NCBI RefSeq assembly: GCF_963921235.1
Contig: NC_086118.1
Location: forward strand, 20,214,001 to 20,278,000
Length of the DNA: 64,000 bases
Reading direction: 5' to 3'
From: Mobula hypostoma
Lineage: Eukaryota
Position 1 is the first letter of the stretch. Every line of letters starts with the position of its first letter. The translations under genes and the position numbers were made by a program. Positions 49,155 through 61,958 of the stretch are shown piece after piece. The notes below the pieces were generated by a model, which saw only the letters and a list, made by a program, of their open reading frames with translations, did not search any database and was not told the DNA's origin.

Positions 49155-49378
49155 AAGATAAGACCATAAGATATAGGAGCAGGAGTAGGCCATTCAGCCC
49201 ATCGAGTCTGCTCTGCCATTCAATCATGGGCTGATCCAATTTTTCCAGTCATCCACACTCCCCTGCTTTCACCCCATACCCTTTGATGCCCTGGCTAATC
49301 AAGAACCTATCTATCCCCCCTTAAATACACCCGATGACTTGGACTCCATAGCCGCCCATAGCAAAAAATTCCACAAAT
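49155..49378 (-). mobile_element. CR1 3' end
   Basis: cataagataagaccataagatataggagc antisense tail; reverse complement of 58720-58940. A similar piece lies at about 51355-51570. Confidence 0.8.
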
Positions 49379-50436
49379 ATTCAGATCACTGTCGACAGTG
49401 AAGCAATGAGGCTGATCTGACTTTCTGTATAGATGCCCAATACCATTTTACTCTGTCTCAACAGAAAATGTTAAACTCTTTCTGAAACACCCTTTGACCT
49501 ATGGAAGATCAACAATACAGTATCAATGTGCAGATCGGGACATTCTCAGTTGGTGAGTTGGCGAACACTGTACTATCGTTAACCTTCAGTTGTATAGTAA
49601 ATTCCATTCAACATACTTGTTTCCACCTCTCCACTTTCCAGCTATGTCCATGGTGGCACCTCAGTAGGACTGTACTACGCATTTGACCCCTAACCTCTAG
49701 TCAAGTAGGGACCAACATTTAAGCAAGCATTTGCCTCCTTCGGGGCTGTGCTTCACCCCATCCCCTTCCCAGTACAAATGGCAATTAATGTATTAGTCTG
49801 TCTTGAACAGGGCTTCTGCGGACGGCTGGCTCCCATGACATGGAGAGACAAGAAGCTGCAGCTGCTGGAATCTGAAGCAACAACACTATTCCCATGTTCA
49901 GCACTTGGTTCAGTGCAGTTTTCCGCAGAATTGATCAGCGGTGACCTGGAGTTGAGAGCCTTCTGCAGTTCATCAGAGCCAACTGTAGAATCCTTTGCAT
50001 TATTCCAGTTGATGTTCGCAGAAATCCCAAAATAATACACTAGATACTTCTGCCAACTCTGTGAGAAATACTCCAAAGAACCTCCCCCCACTTGCTCTTT
50101 CTCCACAGCCCCCCACAATTTTTACTTCTTTTGACTATGTATTCCATTCAAGAATGAGATACATTTTTAGATATTAAGGGAATCAATGAACATGGAAATA
50201 GCACAGAAAACTGGCATTGAGGTAAGAGATGAATCAATATTCTTATTGAATGCTGGTGCAGGCACAGGAGGCCCAATGGCTTCCCCTGTTTCTGTTTCTA
50301 GGTTCGTGCCTTCTGATGATTGTCCTATTGTAATGTGAACAAGGTCACTGGAGAGGCACAACTGGTAGATGTAAAAGTAGTTATTTATTTAACTAGATTA
50401 GACACTCCCTGAAGGAAGAGGTTGTTCAACTCAATA

Positions 50437-50757
50437 CGAGGGATGATTGATAAGTTCATGACCTAAGTTAGAAGGAGTCAATTTTAGAAAACCGAGCATA
50501 TTTATTTTTCAACGTAGTCCCCTCCTACATTTACAGACTTAGTCCAGCGGTCATGGAGCAAACGGATCTTGGATCTCCAGAAAGTGTCCACAGCAGGGGT
50601 GATTGATAAGTTTGTGGCCTAATGTAGAAGGAGATGAGTTATACAGCTCTTGTTACATGCACATACAGTTCAAGTCTTGAAATGATTATGCAGACAGTTT
50701 GAAGTTAATAACTCATCTCCTTCTCCCTTAGGCCACGAACTTATCAATCACCCCTCG
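50437..50757 (-). mobile_element. Non-autonomous mariner derivative (321 bp) with three TIR copies and transposase C-terminus
   Basis: TA TSDs at 50435-50436 and 50758-50759; TIR cgaggg(a/g)tgattgataagttc; internal TIR at about 50595-50640; minus strand encodes IRLLHDRWTKSVNVGGDYVEK*. Confidence 0.9.
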
Positions 50758-53149
50758 TATTTCATGACATTTTATATGCTAAGGATCAAAGGACAATTCT
50801 GTAGTTAAAATTAATCTACAATATCTCCTCTAAATTACATACAATTTTCACACTTCCTTCTTTGCACCCACACTCCAAATACCCAAAATAAATGTAAATC
50901 GGCATTGTCTGGTTTTCAATTAACTGATGTCCACAGCTCCGGGAAACTATTGTCCAGGGCTGCATTTTAAATTTAATCCACAATCCACGTTCAGGTCTAA
51001 AGATTGTTTGCTGAAGTTAATATTTGCTATATACCCTAATTCCAGAATATGCTCTTGTTTAGGCTGTATGTTTCAGATGATTGTGATCAAACCTTGGTGG
51101 TTTTACAGTGTGTCTCAGCGCCAAGAAGTTCCTTCACACACTCACCACTAATAATTTTAACGCAATTAATCAATTTTAACGCATTTTCAGATCTCTGTTT
51201 CACAAAAATAAACAAGATGCTGTCTGCAAAGGTGTGTTAAAGTAACCTACTGTTAGTGGAGCAATTACAATATTATAATTCATAGAGCAATAATGGGTAT
51301 AGGAATTATGTGCGGACAAGGTATGTAAGTGAATAAATTCATTGAGCTTAGCAACGTAAGACGTAGGAACAGAAATAGCTGTTCAGCCCATCAAATCTGA
51401 ACCACCATTCAATCATAGCTGATTTATTTTCCCTTTCAACCTCATTCTTCTGCCTTCTTCCTGAAACCTTTGGCACTCTTTCTAATTGATTCCAATCAAC
51501 CTCTGTTTTATATATATACACACACCCAGTGACTTAGTCTCCACAGCCATCTGTGGCATTGAATTCCACACCTTAACACACATTTAAAGCTGCACCACTT
51601 GGCACACTCATCCAGTAATCACTCCAAACCAGTTCTCTCAATGATATAATTATATAGGGTTCTCAAGGAAGTACACTAGCAGCTCTATTTCATGTTCATT
51701 CAGATATATATTTGCATATATTTTGTCCAAATATTTGCATAATTTTTCCATTGCTGAGGTGTAGCCATCAGTCATAAGGCAATATTTATTGACTAGTTCT
51801 AATTAGCTTAGGACAATCTATTAGCTTTTCAGAGAGCAGTAGGAAATAAGAGCCACAGATGGCCACAGATACAGTAGGTTTTTTCCCACTTATAGGTCAT
51901 TTGTAAACTCCGTCAATTTGGAAACAAATTTCATAGTCTTGTAATCTCCTCACTTGTTTTTATTCCAGCCATTAAATTCCAAAGGTGCCGTAGCAGATTA
52001 TCAACTTGTATCTCGAGGTCATGAAACCATAATGCTCCCATTATCATGAGCATTTCAATTAACAGACTATGTGGGATTAAAGTGACATTTTATTCTATAT
52101 CCTTGTGATATAAACAAAAAGAAATCAGAGAAAAGAAGAGGTTAAAAATCACGACAGTTTACTGTACTATTTAACATTGCTCAAGCAATGTCTGATTATA
52201 GTTACTCCTGCCCTACAATAATTTCTTTTGCTTACAGTAGGTTAAATCTTATAGCTAATGATCAGGCAATTGTTCCGAACAGCCCCAGGTCCAGTAGGAT
52301 ATTAAATGGAGAAGAGTGTAAGGCTCCCTAAAGAACATTGCCACAATTTGCCACAGATCCAACCTTGGCAGGGCACTGCCGAGTTTGATGACTCCTTGTT
52401 AATTCCCATTCTAGCCAACTTGTCACAATCCTGAGTGCCACCCCAGATCCCCTTTGACCACACTGAATTGGGTATAATTTAGGGAAAGGAATGGTGTCTG
52501 AATATTTGCAGGTATGTGGGAGAATAGCAAACTGAGGAGACTGCATGGATAGGATTTGAAAGCAATATCAACAAAGAACACTCTGCCAATTTATCTCTCA
52601 AATGTACACTTGATTTTGTCATTTCATACAGATCAAAACAATTTAATGATTGAAGGTTGAAACATGTTTTACCTCTCCTAACTGACGGCACAGATATTGT
52701 TTTAGCTAGGACAGAGTTCAAGAGTTTGAGTGATCTGAATGCACAATGCACCTTGACTCTTCCCTTTCAATGTGATTTTCCTATTCAATAGTGCATTTCC
52801 CCGGGCTAGAAATTGTAGCATGGGTATCATGTTTCTATGTTCCCTGACTTTTTGGAAAGGTATTTCGAAACAGGGTGAAGAGTATCTTCCTTGTTATTGT
52901 CTTCAAATGGAACATTACAATTCAGCCAGCATTGTGTGGTAATCCCAGCTGCAGCCGATCAGTGGTAAATACTGCTGAGGAAATGATGACGCTTTACTCA
53001 TAGTGAATGTCACTATTGCTTAATCATGCATACCAGATATAGGTGCCGTGGAGGTACACCCTCATCCACAGAACCAGAATAACAAGACTTTGTTTTTAAC
53101 TCTTAAAAGCATCTTTTTTTTCTTTTTCCCTTGTTTGTCTTCAAGGAAA

Positions 53150-54072
53150 TACTTCCTTAGAAGTTTGCAAAGATTTGGCATGACATCTAAAACTTCATAA
53201 ACTTCTATAGTTGTGTAGGGGAGAGTGTATTGACTGGCTGCATCACACCCTGGTATGTCCTTGAAAGGAAAATCCTTCAAAAAGTATTGGATATGGCCCA
53301 GTTGATCATGGGTAAAGCTCTCCTCGCCATTGAGCACATCTACACAAAGCGTTGTTGCAGGAAAGCAGCATCCCCCATTAGGGACCCCCTCCACCCAGGT
53401 CATAGTAATACTTTATTGATCCCGAGGGAAATTGGGTTTTGTTACAGTTGCACCAACCAAGAATAGAATATAAATATAGCAATATAAAACCATAAATAGT
53501 TAAATAATAATATGTAAATTATGCCAGGAAATAAGTCTAGGACCAGCCTATTGGCTTAGGGTGTCTGACCCTCCAAGGGAGGAGTTGTAAAGTTTGATGG
53601 CCACAGGCAGGAATGAGTTCCTATAATGCTCTGTGTTGCATCTCGGTGGAATGAGTCATACTCTTTACTTACTGCTGCCATCAGGAAGAAGGTACAGGAG
53701 CATCAGGACTCACACCACCAAGCTGATCAGGCTCTTGAAACAAAAGAGATAACTTCACTCAGCCTCTTGCCCCATTATTGAAATGTTCCCACAACCTATA
53801 AACACACTTTCAAGGATTCTTCAACTCATATTTATTGATCGATATTATTTATTTATTTGTTTGTTTGTTTATTATTATTTCTTTCTTTTTGTATTTGCAC
53901 AGTTTGTGTCTTTTGCACATTTATTGAACATCCAAGTTAGTGCAGTCTTCCATTGATTCTACTATGGTTATTATTTTATTATGGATTTACTGAATATTCC
54001 CACAAGAAATTAAATCTCAGGGTCGTTTATGGTGACATATTTGTTCTTTGATAATAAATTTACCTTGAACTG
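53150..54072 (+). mobile_element. Rex1/Babar-like 3' fragment with a nested antisense fragment (53405-53654, TSD gtcata)
   Basis: ESVLTGCITPWY..KAASPIRDPLHPGH; gtcata at 53399-53404 and 53655-53660. Confidence 0.8.
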
Positions 54073-54261
54073 TGTGCAATATCACAGACTAACAATTTTA
54101 CTCCAGATTTTCCACTGACAGAAAGAATTAAAAAAAACTTTATTCTCTGAACATTGAGAAGGTTTTAAAATATTGAAGGGCTTTTTTAACAAATATGCAA
54201 GCATGGTAAGCAATTAGAAAAGCAAATTGCCTCTATTACAAAGGGCTGTAAAGTTCAACAT

Positions 54262-54685
54262 AAAAACACAAATGTTTGAAATACTCAGTCAGCGTCTGTG
54301 GAGAGAGAAACAGAAGAAACATTTCAGAATGTAATCTTTCATCAGAGCTAGCAAAATTAGGAAACACGGATGCATTAAGTTGTTGAGAAGAGGAAGGAGG
54401 GAGAGACAGCAAAGGAAATTCCTGTTAAAAGTGGAGACCAAGGGAGAATGATGCAAATGCTGGTGGCAAAGAAACAATGTTAAAGACCTGTTAACTGCAG
54501 GTGATCTGAGAATATGACAATAATAGGACATGAAAATGGACAGAGGAGAGAGAAAATAAACAATTCTGGAACAATGGACACAGAATATTGAAAGTTGTTA
54601 GAAATGTGAGGTAAAAGAGGAAACTGGGAATATCCAGCAGGTCAGCCAGTGTCTGTGGAGACAAAAAAAACTGAGTTAACCTGTA
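54262..54685 (-). mobile_element. Old Penelope pLTR relics with hammerhead core (54316-54349)
   Basis: Reverse complement CUGAUGA-AAGAUUACAUUCU-GAAA; the segment gtcagc..gtctgtggaga is repeated at about 54288 and 54641. Confidence 0.5.
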
Positions 54686-55524
54686 CAATCAATATTTAAT
54701 CATTACTCAATGTTTAATACAACATTCTCAGATAACCAGCTTTTCAGTTTGCTTCAGAACCATAACATTACCTCAGATTTTCTCTCTCTCAATGCACTCC
54801 CTGATTCCCAAGGTATTCCACTTGTCCTAGGGTTAATGCATCATGGATAAACAAAATTAATTCCTGGGATGATAGTACTACATCATGAGTGGAGACCAAA
54901 AGAGTCTGCCTAACTCATGCAAGTCCATGTGTGTACCTCAATAAATCTCTCATACAAGTTTCTGAAAGGACTGACAAGGTGGTTGCTGAGTCGTTGTTTC
55001 CTCAGGTTCTATAACTAAGGGTCATTGTTATAAGATAAGATGTTAGTCATTTTGGACGAAGATGAGGGGGAACATATTCAGGAATGTTGTGTATAGGATT
55101 CCCTACCCCAAAGATCTGTGATGATTCAGGGCAGAGATTAGTGGGTTTTCCATCTGTAAAGGAATGAATGCCAACTGAAATGAGCTGGGATGTTGACTTG
55201 AAGGATATGTTCAGCCACTGTATGAGCAGGGCAGTTCTAGAGGGGAATATATGGCCTATTCTTGCATTTATTCTTAATTACTTATGCAGCCATAATTACT
55301 TATGCAGAGTAGTACTTGAAACAACAGTCTGTGACTCGGGCTGTTGTGGTACAAACTGATGACAGCTGGCATCTAATGTAATATTACACTGCAAAGTTTA
55401 CAGTTAGTCAAAGGTTGCAAAGTTTCATAATTCACAGACAGCTTTTCTGTAATAATATGCTTGGTAATATTATATCATGATTGCAAATATAGTTTTTTCT
55501 CACAGGCTTGGTGTATCTGGGAAC

Positions 55525-56030
55525 ATACAGCGATTGCCATCAAAGGACCAGCAGTGCAAAGAGACAAGGTCCTGGGTGTAAACATCTCCAAAGATCTATC
55601 CTGTGCCCGACTTATTGATGTAATTACGAAGAAGGCACACCAGCAGCTGTCTTTCATTTGGCATTTGAGGAGAATTGGTATGTTACCAAAGACTTATCAT
55701 ATTTCCACCAGTGTACCGTAGAGAGCATTCTAACTGGCAAAAGCTGCAGAGCATTGTAAACTCAGCCAGCTCCGTCATGGGCACCAGCCTTCCCAGCATC
55801 AAGAACATCTTCAAAAGATGATGCATGAAAAAGGCAGCATCTATCATTAAGGACCCCCACCACCCAGGACCGACCATCTTTTCATCATCTCCATCACAGA
55901 GGAGATACTGGAGCCTTTAGACATACACTCAACATTTCAGGAACAGCTTCTTCTGCTCTGCCATCAGATTTCTGAACGGTACATGAACACTACCTCAATA
56001 TTTTTGCTCTCTTTTTGCACTGCTATTATA
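55525..56030 (+). mobile_element. Rex1/Babar-like 3' fragment
   Basis: LGVNISKDLS..ITKKAHQQLSFIWHLRRIGM; KAASIIKDPHHPG. A further 3' end lies at about 56380-56712. Confidence 0.8.
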
Positions 56031-56725
56031 CAAAGTAATCGAACAGCACAAAACCAGACCATTTGGCCCATCAAGATATATGCTGACCATGATGCCAGTC
56101 TAAATGTATCCCATCTGCCTACACATGCTCTATAGCCCTCTGTCCCTAGTTATGTCTGTCTAACTGCCTACTTAATATTGCTAACTTATCTACTTCTATC
56201 ACCTCTGCTGGCAGCATGTGTCAGGCTGCCAACACAATGTAAAAGAAATTGCCTCATTTACTATTTCCTCCTGTTATCTTAATATTTAGCCCTCTAATAG
56301 CTGACATTTTCTCCATCAAGAAGACAATCTATCAGATATTGGATCGATCTATCACTCGATTCTATCTATGCCTCTCCCACACTGTTCCATCAGGGAGAAT
56401 TCGCACCAGGATCACCAGACTCAAAACAGTTACTTTCCCCAAGCAGTAAGGCTGATCAACACCTCCACCCAGTAACTCTACCACTACTTTATTGTTTCCT
56501 GGTCAGTCACCTTATGTACACCATAGTATCTCTTTCTGGACGTATAATCCATCTATGCATATAAGCTATCTTATGTATTTATATTTATTGTGATTTTTAA
56601 ATTATTATTGTATTCTTTATCTTTTGTATTTTATTTGTGCTGCATTGAATTCAGAGTAACAATTGTTTCATTCTCCTTTACACTTGTGTACAGGAAATGG
56701 TATTAAACAATCTTGAATAAATTTA

Positions 56726-56884
56726 AGCAACACACATCGAAGTTGCTGGTGGAACACAGCAGGCCAGGCAGCATCTCTAGGAAGAGGTACAGTCGCCGTT
56801 TCGGGCCGAGACCCTTTGGAGAACCAGCAGCTTTGATGTGTGTTGCTTGAATTTCCAGCATCTGCGGAATTCCTCGTGTTTGCG
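56726..56884 (+). mobile_element. 159-bp Penelope mini-insertion with inverted pLTR segment and truncated hammerhead, 13-bp TSD
   Basis: TSD ttgaataaattta at 56713-56725 and 56885-56897. Inverted arms 56726-56750 and 56823-56847. Antisense stem II and GAAA at 56791-56815, lacking the CUGAnGA box. Confidence 0.85.
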
Positions 56885-58196
56885 TTGAATAAATTTACAT
56901 TCTTTGATCAGGTCATCCCAATGTCCAGAAAATAAACTTGAGTTTGTCCAACATTGATTTCAAATTTCCAGCATTGGCAGATTTTTTACATTTCTATGCA
57001 AATTCCAAGTACAGTAATAGCGGCACTTTGGATTGTTATCAGTTGCAGCCAAAGCGAGGTTCCTTAAAATATAATTTGCAAAGGCTGGTCTGGAGCCCAC
57101 ATAAATCAAGCCAAATACTTGGGAGGGAACATTAGTCAAAAGATAACAGCCTTCCTTAAATTTCTTGTCAATGCTGAAAATATAATTTACCACACAACTT
57201 TGTTATGCAAATAGTTAGATCCCAGGGAACCTGCACGCTTTCGTCTATGGTGTCTTATGTGTTTTTGTAGATCACACAATAGTCAAATGGTTTTAAGTTC
57301 AAGCCAACTTTGACAGCAACAAGCTGCTCTGAAGAATCTTGGCCTAGCAAATATAAATGCAGTGTACTGGACAATAAATCAATCCATTGCAGGATTGCAG
57401 AGTAAAATCATTGTGTCTCATGTGTGATACAAGGGCTCGATGTCAATGGATAACTTCTTTGATTTGCATAAATGATACCCATGAACTATGAACAGCACCT
57501 ATTACATCAGAACTGCAAGAATGACCCTTCACCTGCACCATCCCCTGAAGTAGAGGACACCAGACAGCCAGGAATCTGGATTTTCCCAAATTACAAGCTT
57601 CTTAAGGGGTGTTCATAGTGTACGCTGCCTCACCTGTGTGAGGGCAGTGATCCCCTGCACTCCCATTTAGATTTGAGACATGGACTGTATTACAGCATAA
57701 CTCTCAAAGGTCAGGAGAGAATAAGTGAATTTAAATCTCTGCGTCCCAGTGCTGGATATCTAATTATACCTAGTTGCTATCTGTGTGGAGTTTGCATCTA
57801 CTCCCTGTTTCCATCTGGTTCCACTGGCTTCCTCCTGCATACTAAAAATGTACTAAGTGGCTCAAGGGTTAGTGTGGACAAGTGACAAAAGACATCGAAG
57901 AGGAGTTAAGAGACATATGAGAGAAAGCTTGCAGAGCTGCAGGAAAATGGACAGAAGGAGAATGGTACTGATGGGATTTTATGGATTCAGTGGGCTGAAT
58001 GACAGCCTCCTGTGTTGGAATAAGTCTGGCAGTAAACCCACTGTAATATTGTTGATAGTCTCTGAAAAGCAAGCCATTCAAAGAGAAATTTAGCATGGAA
58101 ACAATTCCTTCATTCCACTGAGTCCACGTTGACCATCAACTCCCCATTTGCATCACTCTACACTGGTGTCACTTTTTATTCACGTTATCTTCCCCA

Positions 58197-58940
58197 GATT
58201 CAAAATGCAGAGATGCAAAGGGACTTGGGAGTCCTTGTGCAAGATACCCTAAAGGTTAACCTCCAGGTTGAATCGTGGTTGAAGAAGGCGAATGCAATGT
58301 TGGCATTTAGTTCTAGAAGTATACATCATGAGAGCAGGGATGTGATGTTGAAGCTCTGCAGGGCACTCGTGAGACCACACATGGAGTATTGTGTGCAGTT
58401 TGGGGCGTCTTATATTAGAAAGGATATACTGATATTGGAGAGGGCTCAGAGAAGATTCACAAGAATAATTCCAGGAATGAAAGGGTTACCGTATGAGGAA
58501 CGCCTGGCAGCTCTTGGGCTGTATTCCCTGGAGTTCAGGAGAACGAGGGGGATCTCACAGAAACATTTTGAATGTTAAAAGGCCTGAACAGATTAGATAT
58601 GGCAAAGTTATATCCCATAGTAGGGGAGCCTAGGACAGGAGGGCACAACTTCAAGATTGAAGTATGTCTATTTAGAACAGAGATGCAGAGAAATTACTTT
58701 GGTCAGAGGGTGGTAAATCTGTGGAATTTGTTGCCACAAGCAGCTGTGGAGGCCAAGTCTTTGGGTGTATTTAAGGCAGAGATAGATAGGTTCTTGATTA
58801 GCCAAGGCATCAAAGGATAGGGGGAGAAGGCAGGGAAGTGGGGATGACTGGAAGAATTGGATCAGCCCATGATTGAATGGCGGAGCAGACCCGATGGGCT
58901 GAATGGCCTGCTTCTGCTCCTATATCTTATGGTCTTATGA
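58197..58940 (+). mobile_element. CR1 3' fragment inserted in an antisense SINE
   Basis: QRDLGVLVQ..LVRPHMEYCVQF..RVVNLWNLLP; tail tcttatggtcttatg. Confidence 0.88.
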
Positions 58941-59293
58941 TCTTATTCTACCACTCTCTCTTTCTCTCTCTCACACACACAAAGGAAATTCACAGTGTCT
59001 GATTAACCTACAAAGCCTTCGGCACATGGGAGGAAACAGTCATGGTCACGGAGAACATGCAGTCTCCATAAAGATGTCAGGACAGAAGCCAACTCGTTGG
59101 GTGATGAGTGAGTTAACCCAGTTGACCTCATTCTCTCAATTTATCTGTTCTGGGTAAAATATTTCTATGATGGTTCTGAGAGGAGACCCTTTACACATAG
59201 GACACATGATTCATACATTTGATACAGACCAGATCTGATGGCTTAAAGTGGACATTCATGAAGAACAATGAAACACCTACAGCAGCACAATTA

Positions 59294-59637
59294 CAAGGGG
59301 CAATTGATAAGTTTGTGGCCTAAGGTAGAAGGAGATGAGTTATACAGCTCTGGTTGCATGCACATGCAGTTCAACTCTTTGTGTGATTATGCAGAAAGTT
59401 TGAAGTTAATAACTCATCTCGTTCCACCTTAGGCCACGAACTTATCAATCACCCCTGCTGTGGACCACTTCTTGAAGTCCAAGATGCCGGCTTCTACAAA
59501 GAAGGGATCCGTATGCTCCATGACCGCTGGACTAAGTGTGTACATGTAGGAGGGGACTATGTCGAAAAATAAATGTGCTAGGTTTTCTAAAATTGACTCC
59601 TTCTACCTTAGGCCATGAACATATCAATCACCCCTCG
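59294..59637 (+). mobile_element. Non-autonomous mariner derivative (344 bp), second copy, opposite orientation
   Basis: TA TSDs at 59292-59293 and 59638-59639; internal inverted TIR ending at about 59456; 59471-59572 encodes LEVQDAGFYKEGIRMLHDRWTKCVHVGGDYVEK*. Confidence 0.9.
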
Positions 59638-60304
59638 TATATCCCTCTGCAGTCAGGTGCCTTGTGTCAACATGTTCTTTACTCCACCTTTATAACTAAG
59701 CCAGGAACCATCCCTGACGTATGAACATTATTGATGGGCATGCCTGAGGGTACATAAAAAAGAGTTGCTAACCTGGTGAATTGCAATACAGGGCCGCAGA
59801 CACCCACAACAGCAAGTAGCACATACGACATGTCTGCAAGTAGCCCTGTGTAGGTGGTCCTGCAACCAAAGCATCAAGACCAAACTAGAACCTTACCACT
59901 CTTGGCCATGAATGATGGGGTGGCCTGGTAGCATAGTGGTTAGCACAACATTTTACAGTCCAGGCGACCCAGGTTCAAATCCCACCACTGCCTCTAAGGA
60001 GTTTGTACATTACTCCAGGTGCTCCAGTTTCCTCCCACAGTCCAACAATGCACCAGTTGGTAGGTTAATTGGTCATTGTAAATGATCCCATGATTAATTC
60101 AGGGATTGCTGGGCGTTGTCTCTCGAAGGGCCAGATGAGACTACTCTGTGCTGTATCTCAATAAATAAATAAATGAGAGTGGCCAATTGTCTAATTAAAT
60201 TGAGGAGAAAACTCCAAAAGTACCTTCACCCTTCACCAGAATGTCCCAGACAGCTACCTCGACATGGAGGATCTTTCCTGGATTCCCCTCAAGGTCTGAA
60301 TCTA

Positions 60305-60695
60305 CCAGCCCAGGTATTTATTCCTTCTAGAGTAGGAGAAGGATGAGTGACATTACAGAACTGTTTAAAATTATGGGAGGTGTAAATAGGGTGGATAGTA
60401 ATTTTTCCCTGAGGTGGGGGAGTCCAGAACTTATGGCAGTAGGTTTAGGGTGAGAGGGGAAAGACTTAAAAGGAAGTAGAGGGGTAACATTTTGTCACAG
60501 TTTGTGGTGGGTTTATGGAATGAGCTGCCAGAGGCAGGTACAAGTAGTTTAGCTAAAGAAGCACTTGGATAGGTACATGAAGGGTGGGGCTAGGAGGGAT
60601 CTGGGCCAAGCATTGGAAATTGGAACAAGTTGGCTGGACAACATGATTGATCCAAAGAGCCCCCATCCATGACTTATTGCTCTATATCTCTGTAA
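60305..60695 (+). mobile_element. Old CR1 3' fragment
   Basis: GIYSF*SRRRMSD..FKIMGGVNRVDS..VVGLWNELPE. Confidence 0.65.
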
Positions 60696-60784
60696 GTTGC
60701 CTGCTGTCAAAAATGCCAGTTCAGGTCACTCCACATAACATCCAGAAGTGGTCAACTTCATTGTATATCTTAAACACAATCCAC

Positions 60785-61095
60785 AGTCACAGTGAGGCCA
60801 TCCTCAGGTTGGAGGAGCAACACTTCATCTTCCATCTGGGTAGCCTCCAAACTGATGGCATAAATATTGATTTCTTCCCCACCGGCTTCTCCCATTTGCC
60901 ATTCCCCATTCTGGTTCCCCTCTTACCCTTCCCCTCATCTGCCCATCACAGCCCTCTGGTGCCCCTACCCCTTCCTCTCTCCCATCATCTACTGTCTTCT
61001 CCTCTCAGATTCCTTCTTCTCCAGCTCTATACCTCTTCCACCTATCACCTCCCAGCTTCTCAGTTCATCCCCCTCCCCACACACCCACCTTCACA
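60785..61095 (+). mobile_element. Penelope-like 3' fragment
   Basis: HSEAILRLEEQHFIFHLGSLQTDGINIDF followed by a pyrimidine-rich UTR. Confidence 0.8.
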
Positions 61096-61449
61096 GCAGT
61101 TGCCGAGATGGCGACCAGAGGGAGTTGGTGCCTGCATCTTCATGGCTAGGCAGTACCTTCATACAGTAATTGGTCAGGGTCACTGCAATCATTTTTGTAC
61201 ACTTGAAGTGCAACTGAATCTCTCCCTCCAAGCAAGTTATAATATTCAACAACCATCCCAACCATTGGCATGATGGCAGTATGCTTGGATCTAGCAGCCC
61301 CTCTGAGTCCAACCAAAGGTGTAGTTGTTCGTGATCTCAGGACACGGCTGGTTATCAAAAACATTAAGTTCTGCAGAGCTAGCAAGTTGCTCAATAATGG
61401 TGGAGCCTGCTTCAGCCATCCAGGGAAGAAAGCAACACACGGTGCAAAG

Positions 61450-61958
61450 CTTGGGCTATTTTGTTGTGATCACATGACCCTGTTGGACATTGGTAATGTA
61501 GAATACTGCGAGTGTGATTCACTGGTTCATTGGAGAGATCGGTGGTGCGGGAGCAGTGTGACCTTGGTTGTGGTGTGGACCAGGCTCTCGTGCCCGAGGA
61601 TTACCTGTTGCAGCTGCCAAGGAAGGAGATGCTGGAGTTGGCCTTGTGTCACTGGATACTTTGCTGGGTTGGAGCCTGACCCCTCCCATTAGTGCTGCCC
61701 CCACAGTGTTCAATTAATGGAAAACAAACTGGACTGTGTTCATCTGTGGCTGTATCACGTGATATGAGGAACTGCTGTGGGCTTGTTCTTGTAGAAACAT
61801 GGCTCCAGGGCAACATCCATCCATGATCAATCTGTATGTTTTTCTGCTATCATAATGATTTGTGCTATATATGTTGTGTGTTGTGTATGACTGTGTATTA
61901 TAATGCTATTTGCTGTATGAGTGGCAGTGTTCAACTGTATGCCAATAAGTTGCACATG
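61450..61958 (+). mobile_element. Internally deleted Rex1/Babar-like element (5' region and endonuclease start joined to a 3' tail)
   Basis: About 61715-61820 reads ENKLD..MRNCCGLVLVETWLQGNI, an APE endonuclease N-terminus. Boundaries are uncertain. Confidence 0.5.

Noticed and set aside
49748..50118. 95-aa (+) and 121-aa (-) ORFs as host exons
   Set aside because: No recognisable family or convincing splice sites; the region includes a pLTR-like piece (ctgcagctgctggaatctgaagcaac).
60647..61692. 208-aa and 140-aa ORFs
   Set aside because: They run through Penelope and Rex1-like remnants and low-complexity pyrimidine tracts, with no coherent domain.
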